A stretch of 50,953 bases of DNA from Guillardia theta CCMP2712 (GCF_000315625.1 NW_005434625.1:26924-77876); one strand, 5' to 3'. Counted from the stretch's first letter, positions 34,630 through 49,100 are shown. Program-made: numbers and translations. Notes: generated by a model not told the origin, from the sequence alone.

Positions 34630-35440
34630 GTGACTGTAACGGCCGGGCCGCGCCGCACTGTCACTGGCCGGGCCCGGCCAGTGCGGCAGCGGCCGGGCGG
34701 CCCGGCCGGGTACGTCCGGAGTCCGATCCCCGGGGGCGGCCGGGGCCGGTCGCCGATCGGGGGCCGCCGGGTCGCCGACTCCGGGACATTTGATCCCGGT
34801 TCCCAGCCTGGCAGTGGGGCCTGACTCGACTGGGCCGCGTTGAAACCGTTCCCGTCACTGTCGGACCGCCTCGACTCTCAGTCTCATTTCGTATCTCTGG
34901 TACCCGTGAGTCAGCCTGGCGGCGGGCTAGCCTTGACTCTGAGTCTCCCGGGCGAGCCGCTCACCGTGTCCCGAGTCCCGAAGCCTCCGAGTCAGGGCCT
35001 CAAACTGCCAGTCACCGAGTCACTGTGCCAGAGAGTCCCGGCGACCGTATCGGACGGCCGGGCACGGGCCAGGCCGGGCCGCCCGGCGTCATCCGGCCCG
35101 TGGCCCCGGCGGCCGCCCGGCGGTGACCACGGCCCGCCCGGTCTCGGACCGGCTCGGACGCCGCCAGTACGGTACTACGGTACGGTCACTGCCGCCCGGT
35201 TGATCATCGAAGATGATCGGATGAGACTGATCGGATGGCACTCCTAAGCGGCCACCATGATTGCCACGGTAGCTCGGTCAAGTCTCACCGTGGCAGAGTC
35301 AATTCCGCCGGCCAGTGCCACTCGAACTCTAGCTGCTGAGTCGCCTGAGTTCACGGAAACTGTCGAGGCCGCCCGCAACGCCCCGGCCGGGGGCCCGGAT
35401 AGCCCGGCGACAACTCACTGAGTCAGCACTGAGCTTCACT
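34630..35440. other. GC-rich non-coding island
   Basis: CCGG/GGCC-rich, several TGAGTCA. Confidence 0.55.
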
Positions 35441-37268
35441 CAGTATACGGTAGCGCACAGTGACTCCCGTGACCGTCGTAGCCCGCCGGCGGCGGCGGAC
35501 CGTCCGATCGCACCGATCCGCGATGATAGTACTCTGCCGCAGTACTTGGCGATACCCCTCGTGACCTCGTCAAGGTTTATGTCACAGTCGCCCTCGGAAA
35601 GACCCTCCATGCGGACCTCAACCCCTCTCTGCTGCTGCCCTCGAGACACTGTCATGCGAGACACGATCAGAGTCAGATCGTCCTTCTTCCCCATCGACCT
35701 ATCCATCCTGTTCTCCGTCCTCTCCCGCAGCCTTCCTCCAAGACCCTCGACGAAGCCCCCGTGTCCGAAGTCACCAAGTACCTCCTCCGACATCGTCTCC
35801 AAGGCCGATCTCCTCGCGTGGTCGTCCGAGCCCAGGTTCTCCCAGAAGCCGTCGCTTCCTGCTACGATGATGTCGCCTGATCGCGCATACATCCGCTGCA
35901 AGATCTCGTTCTTCCTGTCTCTGTACTGCCGCATGTGCCCTTGGTTCATCCCCGCCTGGTACGGAGGTCTCTTGCCGTTGTCGTGCGGAGAGTGGAAGCG
36001 AGGGGGCGACAGGTACTCGCAGCGAGCCCTGTACCGACAGGTCAGTGACCGACGGCTTGCCGTCAAGACCACCCTCCCCCCCCCCTCTCTTCCTCTCTCT
36101 CCCTCTCTCTCCCTCTCTCTCCCTCTCTCACCTGCGTCGAGAAGCGTCCAAGGTCAGCAGCGCCCACTGGCTGTCGCCCAGCTCGAGAGCATCGATCATG
36201 ATCTCGTCACTGTCTCTTCCCGGTTTGAGCTGAAGCGCTACCACAGTCGAAGATGCAAGTTCCAGGATGTCGTGATAGGAAGATGGCTGAGGCATGCGCA
36301 TCCTCTGGATGCAGTACTCAAGCTTTTCAAAGAGATCGCCGAGCATGTCGACAGGCCTTGCCATGCTCTCCACAAGCTTCCTCGCAAAGATCCCTGACCG
36401 ATAGCCTCCCTCTCCTACCCCGTCACAGAGCACAGTCAAGCTGTCTTTGATCTCGAAGGCGTCATCATACGGCAGCCAACCATGATAGCGAGGGTCCATG
36501 TGCTTGCCTGGCATGCCCTTGAGGCTCACGTACGCCTCGCTGAAGATGCAGCTTCCAGGCTCTGGCCCAGGTGCCTGGCGCTTCGCCAGCCGCGGGTCCC
36601 GGGCGGGCCTTGTGTACGGCCTGGCGACTGGGAGGTCAGCTCTGGAGCTTGGGGATGCTCCGCTCTGTGCTGGAGGGACGGCAGAGGTCTGCGGTGCCTG
36701 CTCTCGTGCGAGGCTGGCTTGAAGCGACTCCAGCTTCATGCGTGTCTCTCTTTCACTGCTTAGCTCCGTCTGCAGTTTCTGTATGCTGGCCTCGAGGTCC
36801 TTGATGGTGTCGATGGCTTGCTTGCGGGCATGCTGGGCGGCAGCATGGGCTTGCCTCTCAGCCTCGAGGCTCTTGCGCAGCTCGTCAATCTGCTCCTTGG
36901 CTTTGCTTTGGGTCGTTTCTATCGCGCCGGCCATGTCCTGCACCTCTTCAAGGCCGTCGTGTAGCGCTCGTGCTTGTTGCTGCGACTTAGCGGCTTGCTT
37001 GTCGCGGGCGGACTGGGCGCTGCGCCGACACTTGAGCAGCAGCTCCTGATACCTGACCGCCTCGATCTCGTATTGCTTTGTCCGCTTCGTTTGGTCTTCA
37101 AGCCTCTGCTCGAGTTGAAGTATCTCTAGCTTGAGCTCTTCCTTGCCGAGCTCCTCGTCCTCACCGTCGGAGATGATGATGGCATCGCTTCGCTTGATCC
37201 CCGGGCAGAGCGCCTGCGAGGCTGTCCTGATGGCTACCCGTCCTGCTTCGTTTCCTGTGTGGCGGCAT
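35440..37268 (-). pseudogene. Array copy D: +1 frameshift near 37189 and altered C-terminus (pseudogene or sequencing error)
   Basis: GCATCGCTTCGC versus GCATCGCTCGC in other copies; intron 36029-36131. Confidence 0.65.
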
Positions 37269-38153
37269 TCCAGTCCGATGAGAGCGGGTGGGAGAGTGCA
37301 AGGCGCTTTTGTAGGGATGGACGGGGAACAAGGGGATGCGGGGAGGAAGAGGGTGGGGTGGTGACGGTGCTGGACAAACACGTGGTGCTGAGAGGGAGGA
37401 AGACGGGTGGCCGCAGCTGAGTAGATACGGAGAGGGTGGGGGTGGTGTTTTGCTGGGTGTCTCTAGGCAGTAGGAGAGGCTAGTGGGGGGTAGGAGGGGG
37501 GCTAGGAAGGCTAGGACCCAGGCTTTCTTACCACTGATACAGGTTCAATCTCAGTACTACTAATGAAATGTTTGAGTCACCGGCTACGGTACTATCAAAG
37601 GCTTTGAGTAAACTTATCCGATGGCATAGGCGGACTCGCCTCCGAATCTGAGTCAGGCCGTCCGCCGCGCAGCCTCCCGGACACTCTCTGAGTGCCAATG
37701 ATGCCGCCGCAGGGCTGAGCGGCCCGGCCTGACCGTCAGCAGGGACCGGGATCCTTTCAAGTTTCTTACAACCGGTTGAATGTAACCGCGGGGACTCCTG
37801 AGCGGCGCCGCGGCGGCCCACCCGGACCGTCCGATCCTATCCGATCGGGTCACTGAGTCACCGCCGGTGACTAAGCACCCGTGACCGTCACAGAGTCCGA
37901 TCACGCGGCCCGCGACTCAGCGTAGCGCACCGTGCCACGGCCCGCGGCGCCGTCTCGATTTTGTTTCACATTGAACGGTTGCCCCGTCCGAAGTTCCTGG
38001 GCCGCGCGGCCAGTGTATGGCAGGCGGCGGACCGATCCGCGATGATAGTACTCTGCCGCAGCCTTGGGGTGCCCCGTTGACCGGACCAGTCAGTCGCGGT
38101 CATGAACGCGCTGCCGCACTGAACAGTACTTGGCGATACCCCTCGTGACCTCG

Positions 38154-39831
38154 TCATTCGGAAAGACCCTCCATGCGGACCTCAACCCCTCTCTGCTGCT
38201 GCCCTCGAGACACTGTCATGCGAGACACGATCAGAGTCAGATCGTCCTTCTTCCCCATCGACCTATCCATCCTGTTCTCCGTCCTCTCCCGCAGCCTTCC
38301 TCCAAGACCCTCGACGAAGCCCCCGTGTCCGAAGTCACCAAGTACCTCCTCCGACATCGTCTCCAAGGCCGATCTCCTCGCGTGGTCGTCCGAGCCCAGG
38401 TTCTCCCAGAAGCCGTCGCTTCCTGCTACGATGATGTCGCCTGATCGCGCATACATCCGCTGCAAGATCTCGTTCTTCCTGTCTCTGTACTGCCGCATGT
38501 GCCCTTGGTTCATCCCCGCCTGGTACGGAGGTCTCTTGCCGTTGTCGTGCGGAGAGTGGAAGCGAGGGGGCGACAGGTACTCGCAGCGAGCCCTGTACCG
38601 ACAGGTCAGTGACCGACGGCTTGCCGTCAAGACCACCCTCCCCCCCCCCTCTCTTCCTCTCTCTCCCTCTCTCTCCCTCTCTCTCCCTCTCTCACCTGCG
38701 TCGAGAAGCGTCCAAGGTCAGCAGCGCCCACTGGCTGTCGCCCAGCTCGAGAGCATCGATCATGATCTCGTCACTGTCTCTTCCCGGTTTGAGCTGAAGC
38801 GCTACCACAGTCGAAGATGCAAGTTCCAGGATGTCGTGATAGGAAGATGGCTGAGGCATGCGCATCCTCTGGATGCAGTACTCAAGCTTTTCAAAGAGAT
38901 CGCCGAGCATGTCGACAGGCCTTGCCATGCTCTCCACAAGCTTCCTCGCAAAGATCCCTGACCGATAGCCTCCCTCTCCTACCCCGTCACAGAGCACAGT
39001 CAAGCTGTCTTTGATCTCGAAGGCGTCATCATACGGCAGCCAACCATGATAGCGAGGGTCCATGTGCTTGCCTGGCATGCCCTTGAGGCTCACGTACGCC
39101 TCGCTGAAGATGCAGCTTCCAGGCTCTGGCCCAGGTGCCTGGCGCTTCGCCAGCCGCGGGTCCCGGGCGGGCCTTGTGTACGGCCTGGCGACTGGGAGGT
39201 CAGCTCTGGAGCTTGGGGATGCTCCGCTCTGTGCTGGAGGGACGGCAGAGGTCTGCGGTGCCTGCTCTCGTGCGAGGCTGGCTTGAAGCGACTCCAGCTT
39301 CATGCGTGTCTCTCTTTCACTGCTTAGCTCCGTCTGCAGTTTCTGTATGCTGGCCTCGAGGTCCTTGATGGTGTCGATGGCTTGCTTGCGGGCATGCTGG
39401 GCGGCAGCATGGGCTTGCCTCTCAGCCTCGAGGCTCTTGCGCAGCTCGTCAATCTGCTCCTTGGCTTTGCTTTGGGTCGTTTCTATCGCGCCGGCCATGT
39501 CCTGCACCTCTTCAAGGCCGTCGTGTAGCGCTCGTGCTTGTTGCTGCGACTTAGCGGCTTGCTTGTCGCGGGCGGACTGGGCGCTGCGCCGACACTTGAG
39601 CAGCAGCTCCTGATACCTGACCGCCTCGATCTCGTATTGCTTTGTCCGCTTCGTTTGGTCTTCAAGCCTCTGCTCGAGTTGAAGGATCTCTAGCTTGAGC
39701 TCTTCCTTGCCGAGCTCCTCGTCCTCACCGTCGGAGATGATGATGGCATCGCTCGCTTGATCCCCGGGCAGAGCGCCTGCGAGGCTGTCCTGATGGCTAC
39801 CCGTCCTGCTTCGTTTCCTGTGTGGCGGCAT
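38154..39831 (-). CDS. Array copy E: ~20-bp deletion truncates the tail after the catalytic domain
   Basis: Ends MEGLSE*; all PPM motifs retained; intron 38593-38695. Confidence 0.8.
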
Positions 39832-40650
39832 TCCAGTCCGATGAGAGCGGGTGGGAGAGTGCAAGGCGCTTTTGTAGGGATGGACGGGGAACAAGGGGAT
39901 GCGGGGAGGAAGAGGGTGGGGTGGTGACGGTGCTGGACAAACACGTGGTGCTGAGAGGGAGGAAGACGGGTGGCCGCAGCTGAGTAGATACGGAGAGGGT
40001 GGGGGTGGTGTTTTGCTGGGTGTCTCTAGGCAGTAGGAGAGGCTAGTGGGGGGTAGGAGGGGGGCTAGGAAGGCTAGGACCCAGGCTTTCTTACCACTGA
40101 TACAGGTTCAATCTCAGTACTACTAATGAAATGTTTGAGTCACCGGCTACGGTACTATCAAAGGCTTTGAGTAAACTTATCCGATGGCATAGGCGGACTC
40201 GCCTCGGAATCTGAGTCAGGCCGTCCGCCGCGCAGCCTCCCGGACACTCTCTGAGTGCCAATGATGCCGCCGCAGGGCTGAGCGGCCCGGCCTGACCGTC
40301 AGCAGGGACCGGGATCCTTTCAAGTTTCTTACAACCGGTTGAATCATGTAACCGCGGGGACTCCTGAGCGGCGCCGCGGCGGCCCACCCGGACCGTCCGA
40401 TCCTATCCGATCGGGTCACTGAGTCACCGCCGGTGACTAAGCACCCGTGACCGTCACAGAGTCCGATCACGCGGCCCACGACTCAGCGTAGCGCACCGTG
40501 CCACGGCCCGCCGTCTCGATTTTGTTTCACATTGAACGGTTGCCCCGTCCGAAGTTCCTGGGCCGCGCGGCCAGTGTATGGCAGGCGGCGGACCGATCCG
40601 CGATGATAGTACTCTGCCGCAGCCTTGGGGTGCCCCGTTGACCGGACCAG

Positions 40651-42412
40651 TCAGTCGCGGTCATGAACGCGCTGCCGCACTGAACAGTACTTGGCGATAC
40701 CCCTCGTGACCTCGTCAAGGTTTATGTCACAGTCGCCCTCGGAAAGACCCTCCATGCGGACCTCAACCCCTCTCTGCTGCTGCCCTCGAGACACTGTCAT
40801 GCGAGACACGATCAGAGTCAGATCGTCCTTCTTCCCCATCGACCTATCCATCCTGTTCTCCGTCCTCTCCCGCAGCCTTCCTCCAAGACCCTCGACGAAG
40901 CCCCCGTGTCCGAAGTCACCAAGTACCTCCTCCGACATCGTCTCCAAGGCCGATCTCCTCGCGTGGTCGTCCGAGCCCAGGTTCTCCCAGAAGCCGTCGC
41001 TTCCTGCTACGATGATGTCGCCTGATCGCGCATACATCCGCTGCAAGATCTCGTTCTTCCTGTCTCTGTACTGCCGCATGTGCCCTTGGTCCATCCCCGC
41101 CTGGTACGGAGGTCTCTTGCCGTTGTCGTGCGGAGAATGGAAGCGAGGGGGCGACAGGTACTCGCAGCGAGCCCTGTACCGACAGGTCAGTGACCGACGG
41201 CTTGCCGTCAAGACCACCCTCCCCCCCCCCTCTCTTCCTCTCTCTCCCTCTCTCTTCCTCTCTCTCCCTCTCTCACCTGCGTCGAGAAGCGTCCAAGGTC
41301 AGCAGCGCCCACTGGCTGTCGCCCAGCTCGAGAGCATCGATCATGATCTCGTCACTGTCTCTTCCCGGTTTGAGCTGAAGCGCTACCACAGTCGAAGATG
41401 CAAGTTCCAGGATGTCGTGATAGGAAGATGGCTGAGGCATGCGCATCCTCTGGATGCAGTACTCAAGCTTTTCAAAGAGATCGCCGAGCATGTCGACAGG
41501 CCTTGCCATGCTCTCCACAAGCTTCCTCGCAAAGATCCCTGACCGATAGCCTCCCTCTCCTACCCCGTCACAGAGCACAGTCAAGCTGTCTTTGATCTCG
41601 AAGGCGTCATCATACGGCAGCCAACCATGATAGCGAGGGTCCATGTGCTTGCCTGGCATGCCCTTGAGGCTCACGTACGCCTCGCTGAAGATGCAGCTTC
41701 CAGGCTCTGGCCCAGGTGCCTGGCGCTTCGCCAGCCGCGGGTCCCGGGCGGGCCTTGTGTACGGCCTGGCGACTGGGAGGTCAGCTCTGGAGCTTGGGGA
41801 TGCTCCGCTCTGTGCTGGAGGGACGGCAGAGGTCTGCGGTGCCTGCTCTCGTGCGAGGCTGGCTTGAAGCGACTCCAGCTTCATGCGTGTCTCTCTTTCA
41901 CTGCTTAGCTCCGTCTGCAGTTTCTGTATGCTGGCCTCGAGGTCCTTGATGGTGTCGATGGCTTGCTTGCGGGCATGCTGGGCGGCAGCATGGGCTTGCC
42001 TCTCAGCCTCGAGGCTCTTGCGCAGCTCGTCAATCTGCTCCTTGGCTTTGCTTTGGGTCGTTTCTATCGCGCCGGCCATGTCCTGCACCTCTCCAAGGCC
42101 GTCGTGTAGCGCTCGTGCTTGTTGCTGCGACTGAGCGGCTTGCTTGTCGCGGGCGGACTGGGCGCTGCGCCGACACTTGAGCAGCAGCTCCTGATACCTG
42201 ACCGCCTCGATCTCGTATTGCTTTGTCCGCTTCGTTTGGTCTTCAAGCCTCTGCTCGAGTTGAAGTATCTCTAGCTTGAGCTCTTCCTTGCCGAGCTCCT
42301 CGTCCTCACCGTCGGAGATGATGATGGCATCGCTCGCTTGATCCCCGGGCAGAGCGCCTGCGAGGCTGTCCTGATGGCTACCCGTCCTGCTTCGTTTCCT
42401 GTGTGGCGGCAT
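40651..42412 (-). CDS. Array copy F, intact PP2C/PTC7-like gene
   Basis: Same structure as copy B; intron 41174-41276. Confidence 0.85.
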
Positions 42413-43228
42413 TCCAGTCCGATGAGAGCGGGTGGGAGAGTGCAAGGCGCTTTTGTAGGGATGGACGGGGAACAAGGGGATGCGGGGAGGAAGAGGGTGG
42501 GGTGGTGACGGTGCTGGACAAACACGTGGTGCTGAGAGGGAGGAAGACGGGTGGCCGCAGCTGAGTAGATACGGAGAGGGTGGGGGTGGTGTTTTGCTGG
42601 GTGTCTCTAGGCAGTAGGAGAGGCTAGTGGGGGGTAGGAGGGGGGCTAGGAAGGCTAGGACCCAGGCTTTCTTACCACTGATACAGGTTCAATCTCAGTA
42701 CTACTAATGAAATGTTTGAGTCACCGGCTACGGTACTATCAAAGGCTTTGAGTAAACTTATCCGATGGCATAGGCGGACTCGCCTCCGAATCTGAGTCAG
42801 GCCGTCCGCCGCGCAGCCTCCCGGACACTCTCTGAGTGCCAATGATGCCGCCGCAGGGCTGAGCGGCCCGGCCTGACCGTCAGCAGGGACCGGGATCCTT
42901 TCAAGTTTCTTACAACCGGTTGAATGTAACCGCGGGGACTCCTGAGCGGCGCCGCGGCGGCCCACCCGGACCGTCCGATCCTATCCGATCGGGTCACTGA
43001 GTCACCGCCGGTGACTAAGCACCCGTGACCGTCACAGAGTCCGATCACGCGGCCCACGACTCAGCGTAGCGCACCGTGCCACGGCCCGCCGTCTCGATTT
43101 TGTTTCACATTGAACGGTTGCCCCGTCCGAAGTTCCTGGGCCGCGCGGCCAGTGTATGGCAGGCGGCGGACCGATCCGCGATGATAGTACTCTGCCGCAG
43201 CCTTGGGGTGCCCCGTTGACCGGACCAG

Positions 43229-44990
43229 TCAGTCGCGGTCATGAACGCGCTGCCGCACTGAACAGTACTTGGCGATACCCCTCGTGACCTCGTCAAGGTT
43301 TATGTCACAGTCGCCCTCGGAAAGACCCTCCATGCGGACCTCAACCCCTCTCTGCTGCTGCCCTCGAGACACTGTCATGCGAGACACGATCAGAGTCAGA
43401 TCGTCCTTCTTCCCCATCGACCTATCCATCCTGTTCTCCGTCCTCTCCCGCAGCCTTCCTCCAAGACCCTCGACGAAGCCCCCGTGTCCGAAGTCACCAA
43501 GTACCTCCTCCGACATCGTCTCCAAGGCCGATCTCCTCGCGTGGTCGTCCGAGCCCAGGTTCTCCCAGAAGCCGTCGCTTCCTGCTACGATGATGTCGCC
43601 TGATCGCGCATACATCCGCTGCAAGATCTCGTTCTTCCTGTCTCTGTACTGCCGCATGTGCCCTTGGTCCATCCCCGCCTGGTACGGAGGTCTCTTGCCG
43701 TTGTCGTGCGGAGAGTGGAAGCGAGGGGGCGACAGGTACTCGCAGCGAGCCCTGTACCGACAGGTCAGTGACCGACGGCTTGCCGTCAAGACCACCCTCC
43801 CCCCCCCCTCTCTTCCTCTCTCTCCCTCTCTCTTCCTCTCTCTCCCTCTCTCACCTGCGTCGAGAAGCGTCCAAGGTCAGCAGCGCCCACTGGCTGTCGC
43901 CCAGCTCGAGAGCATCGATCATGATCTCGTCACTGTCTCTTCCCGGTTTGAGCTGAAGCGCTACCACAGTCGAAGATGCAAGTTCCAGGATGTCGTGATA
44001 GGAAGATGGCTGAGGCATGCGCATCCTCTGGATGCAGTACTCAAGCTTTTCAAAGAGATCGCCGTCCATGTTGACAGGCCTTGCCATGCTCTCCACAAGC
44101 TTCCTCGCAAAGATCCCTGACCGATAGCCTCCCTCTCCTACCCCGTCACAGAGCACAGTCAAGCTGTCTTTGATCTCGAAGGCGTCATCATACGGCAGCC
44201 AACCATGATAGCGAGGGTCCATGTGCTTGCCTGGCATGCCCTTGAGGCTCACGTACGCCTCGCTGAAGATGCAGCTTCCAGGCTCTGGCCCAGGTGCCTG
44301 GCGCTTCGCCAGCCGCGGGTCCCGGGCGGGCCTTGTGTACGGCCTGGCGACTGGGAGGTCAGCTCTGGAGCTTGGGGATGCTCCGCTCTGTGCTGGAGGG
44401 ACGGCAGAGGTCTGCGGTGCCTGCTCTCGTGCGAGGCTGGCTTGAAGCGACTCCAGCTTCATGCGTGTCTCTCTTTCACTGCTTAGCTCCGTCTGCAGTT
44501 TCTGTATGCTGGCCTCGAGGTCCTTGATGGTGTCGATGGCTTGCTTGCGGGCATGCTGGGCGGCAGCATGGGCTTGCCTCTCAGCCTCGAGGCTCTTGCG
44601 CAGCTCGTCAATCTGCTCCTTGGCTTTGCTTTGGGTCGTTTCTATCGCGCCGGCCATGTCCTGCACCTCTCCAAGGCCGTCGTGTAGCGCTCGTGCTTGT
44701 TGCTGCGACTTAGCGGCTTGCTTGTCGCGGGCGGACTGGGCGCTGCGCCGACACTTGAGCAGCAGCTCCTGATACCTGACCGCCTCGATCTCGTATTGCT
44801 TTGTCCGCTTCGTTTGGTCTTCAAGCCTCTGCTCGAGTTGAAGTATCTCTAGCTTGAGCTCTTCCTTGCCGAGCTCCTCGTCCTCACCGTCGGAGATGAT
44901 GATGGCATCGCTCGCTTGATCCCCGGGCAGAGCGCCTGCGAGGCTGTCCTGATGGCTACCCGTCCTGCTTCGTTTCCTGTGTGGCGGCAT
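43229..44990 (-). CDS. Array copy G, intact, variant VNMDGD instead of VDMLGD
   Basis: Same structure as copy B; intron 43752-43854. Confidence 0.85.
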
Positions 44991-45434
44991 TCCAGTCCGA
45001 TGAGAGCGGGTGGGAGAGTGCAAGGCGCTTTTGTAGGGATGGACGGGGAACAAGGGGATGCGGGGAGGAAGAGGGTGGGGTGGTGACGGTGCTGGACAAA
45101 CACGTGGTGCTGAGAGGGAGGAAGACGGGTGGCCGCAGCTGAGTAGATACGGAGAGGGTGGGGGTGGTGTTTTGCTGGGTGTCTCTAGGCAGTAGGAGAG
45201 GCTAGTGGGGGGTAGGAGGGGGGCTAGGAAGGCTAGGACCCAGGCTTTCTTACCACTGATACAGGTTCAATCTCAGTACTACTAATGAAATGTTTGAGTC
45301 ACCGGCTACGGTACTATCAAAGGCTTTGAGTAAACTTATCCGATGGCATAGGCGGACTCGCCTCCGAATCTGAGTCAGGCCGTCCGCCGCGCAGCCTCCC
45401 GCCGACACTCTCTGAGTGCCAATGATGCCGCCGC

Positions 45435-45835
45435 GGCTGAGACCGTTGGCCTATCATTGTGATCCGATGATCCGGCGATCTGGCGCGGCCAGTGACTCAC
45501 GGCACCCGGCGCCGCAACTTGGATGACAGCATTTCCAGGCTATAGTAGGGTGACACCGTACTGCCAGTGGGCCGGGCCGGGAGGCGCCCGGCTGCTCAGG
45601 GCGATGATCGTATGGGAAGAAAGGCCGCTTTCAGTTTGGCGTGACCGACATCAGTGCTGATGTTCTGAGTGCTCCGAGGCGAGTCCGGCGAGCCCAGGCT
45701 GAGTACGGTTCCGAGCCAGGCCGCCCGACCCGGCGGGACGTGACGCGGCAGCCCCCGGGCCCGGCGCCCGGCCCGGGCGCGGCCCGGCCCGCGGCCGCGG
45801 CCCCCGGGCGCTCAGGCTTCAGAGGCTGGTCCGAG
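45435..45835. other. GC-rich island between divergently transcribed copy G and ART2
   Basis: CCCGGGCCCGGCGCCCGGCCCGGG-type composition. Confidence 0.55.
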
Positions 45836-46150
45836 AGTTTTAAATTTGTACCACAAATCTTACTGTAGCACAAGAGGGAGGTACTAAAATGAAGTAAAAC
45901 GATTTAACTTAAAATGTTCATTTTGTGTTGAAGCCAGTTGCCAGGGGAACGGTTCGTTGAATGTTGAGAAGACGGAAGTGGATAGAAACTGTGATGCAGA
46001 CAGATAGGTTTTCTTGGGAAGGATATGCTTTCCTCTTCCAGGCAATGTTACAGCATGATGATTAGACGATGTGCTCGTAGACCGTCAGAAGCCCTCGTCT
46101 GACTTTTTTTCACATTGCAAACAATCTTTCTGGAACAGGGGTGTCAAGGG

Positions 46151-49100
46151 ATGTCTTGCTTGTGTTTCAAGTCGTCAAGGATTCAAGCCGAAGAATCCCA
46201 CCACTTGTCTCAATCTACATGCGTTAAGGACCTCGAGGAGGCGAGAAGAAAGATTTCAGAGCTCGAGGAAGCGCTTCAGAAGGTGAGGTCTGCACATGAC
46301 CAAACTTCCACCTGCACCTCAGAAGGTCTATACTTGGATGGGCAGTCGCTAGCAGACCAGTCATGGAGTCTGCCCGATGATGTTCGATCCAAGCTGAACG
46401 AGCTGCTCAACCTCTCCATCGACCCCGGGAGAAGCAAAGAGCTCGAAAACGAGCTGCTGGTCATGCTCGGGATCCAAGTCGGAGTTTGCAAGCAGGAAGA
46501 GAAGCTTCAGGGTCAAGACTATGAGCGCAGAGTAGCGAGAGAGTGGGAGATCTCTCGCAAAATCAATAGCCTTGGCGAGCTCGACCTTCTGCGCGCGGTC
46601 GCCGAGTGCATTCCAGGGGGGAATTCTAAGTATCCTTTGGCATGGCTGGAAGGAATGAGGCAGGAGGATCTATCTGCTTTCTGTCAGACGACGATAGCGA
46701 ACAGACTATCTGAGGTCTTGAGAAGAATCCAAGCCTGCCACTCGCAAGAGGCAGGAGGCCATCCGAGTGAAGGCAATACAAAGTATTGCCTCAATGAACA
46801 GGACGCGAATTGGTGCAAGGGGACCAAACAAGGAGTGTACGGGAAGATAGAGGAGTTTTACGGGGGACTGGTAGATCGCATTGGTCTGCCTCAGATGCAA
46901 CTGATGAAGGGCATGGAAGACGAGCATTGCCGGGGAGAGGACTCCTCAGTTCCTTTCACTACAAGTAACTACACCATCAACACAACTCCCGAGGAGCAGT
47001 GGAAGGCAGTGACAGACCCGGAGACCAGACGATTCCTATCAGACAACGGGCGGGTTATTCGGGATGTGCAAGAGTTAAAGAATCATCCCACGGCAATCAA
47101 GGCGAAGCTGGCAGAGGCAGAGATCATTGCCCTGCAGCTCTACACGGGTGAGACCATGTTGGAGGAGGAGGAGCCTGATAGAACGATTGAAAGCTTGTGA
47201 GTAACAGGTCCGATGTACTTCAAGTACAACCAAGTACTACGAGCACCTACAGAGGCCTCCAATAAGTACACAACGACCATCCACTGCATCGTCAGCGGGC
47301 TTGTCAAGCTGTCCCACCACACCTCGTTGAAAGAAGGCAGGCGAGTGTGGAGGGGACTGAAAGGCCTGACGTTACCAGAGAGTTTTCTCAAGGAAGACGA
47401 GCTCGGAGTGTCGGGAGGGGTTGAATATGGGCTGTTGAGTACAACATCCGACGTCAAGACAGCGATTCAGTATAGCGGAGAAGGAGGAGAGCGGATAGTA
47501 CTCGAGATGAGCTGTGGGGCGGTCGATCGAGGGGCGAGCTTGAAGTTTTTGTCTCAGTATCCAGGGGAGGAGGAAATTCTGTACCCGCCCATGTCATACT
47601 TGGAAGTTTTGAAACAGCCGCAGTACATGGGGGTGGGAGGAGATCGTGTCAAGGTGCTGCAGCTCAAGATCAACTCGAATGTGATGAGCCTGACCATTGA
47701 AGACTTCGTGGGGAAGCGCAAGCAGCTTCATGTTGCTCTGATGGAGAACATCGCCAGAGAAGTAGAGCGAGACTTGAAAGAGTTCGGACCAAGAATCCAG
47801 GAGCGACTGAAGACTGCAGTGGCAGATTCATTTTACAAAAGCCATGAGAAGCTGATGAAATCCATCATCGACGAGTGCTGGCAGATGGTACAAGAGAGTC
47901 GAGCGCAGAAAGCTGAGTGGTACAACGATGAAAAACGATACAAAGAAGCGATAGAAAACTCAAACATCATGAAGGAAATGGCCATGAATAAGATCAGGCA
48001 CTGGATCGAAGATACTCAAGGGGACTTGAAGTGCGAGGCCCTCGTTGGAGAGCCAATGAAGTCTTCGTACTGGAAGACCATGGCTGACCTGAAATACAAA
48101 ATCAACAATTTGCCAAAAGAAGGCAAACAAAGACAAGAGATGAGTCAGAGGATTTGTCAAATGTATGGATTGTCAGTCTCACATGAACAGAGTGAGCCTT
48201 TGACAGTCCTGGCAGTTGTGCGAGGTCAAAGCGAGTTGATTCCTCTCATCAAGGCATCTGGATGCGACATGAATGTGAGCTTGGGAGATGGGAGGACTGG
48301 GCTGCACGTAGCAGCCATGCTGGGTATGGAGGGGAGCGTGAAAGAGCTTTTGATGGCAGGAATTGAGGTGACGGCGAAGGACAAGAAGGGCAAGACATGC
48401 GCGTATTGGGCATGCGAGTATGGTCATCTCGAAGTTCTCAAATGTCTGGAATACCATTGTAGCCCTGAAGTTCTCAGCTTGCTGGTTAGAGCCAGAACGG
48501 ATGATGGAAGGACCTGCGCGCATGCAGCATCTGAAGGCGGACACTTGGAGATTCTAGAGTACTTGAAGGAGACGTTCGGGGAAGACGTACTGAGAGAATC
48601 AAGAAATGATGGAGGAACATGCGCGCATGCTGCGAGCCAGGAAGGGCGCTTACAAGTGCTGAATTACCTCAAGGAAACGTGTGGGGATGAGATACTCCGA
48701 GTCAAGAAGAACAACGGCGGCTCTTGCGCACATTCGGCTTGCCATGGAGGGCACTTGGAGGTGCTGAGGTACCTGAAGGAGACATGCGGGGAGGACATGC
48801 TGAAAGAGAAGCGCGATGACGGCTGGTCCTGCGTGCATTGGGCTAGCCAAGGAGGGCATACCGACATGCTGCGATACTTGACGGAAACATGCGGGAAAGA
48901 CGTACTGAGAGAGAAGAAGGGCGACGGGGGTACATGTGCACACTCAGCAAGCCTTAGGGGGCACTTGGAGGTGCTCAAGTACCTGAAGGAGACATGCGGG
49001 GAGGACATGCTGCGAGAGAAGCGCGATGCTGGCTGGACATGCGCACACTCGGCAAGCCAGGAAGGGCACTTGGAGGTGCTCAAGTACCTCAAGGAGACAT

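Larger units (their letters stand above)
35490..45435 (-). repeat. Head-to-tail tandem array of ~2.58-kb units (copies D-G)
   Basis: Homologous positions at 36128, 38692, 41273 and 43851 (periods 2564, 2581, 2578 bp). Confidence 0.95.

Noticed and set aside
35490-45435. Array unit as an LTR element, Helitron or other transposon
   Set aside because: No RT, Rep/helicase, transposase, TIRs or TSDs seen; the unit is an intron-containing gene with flanks.
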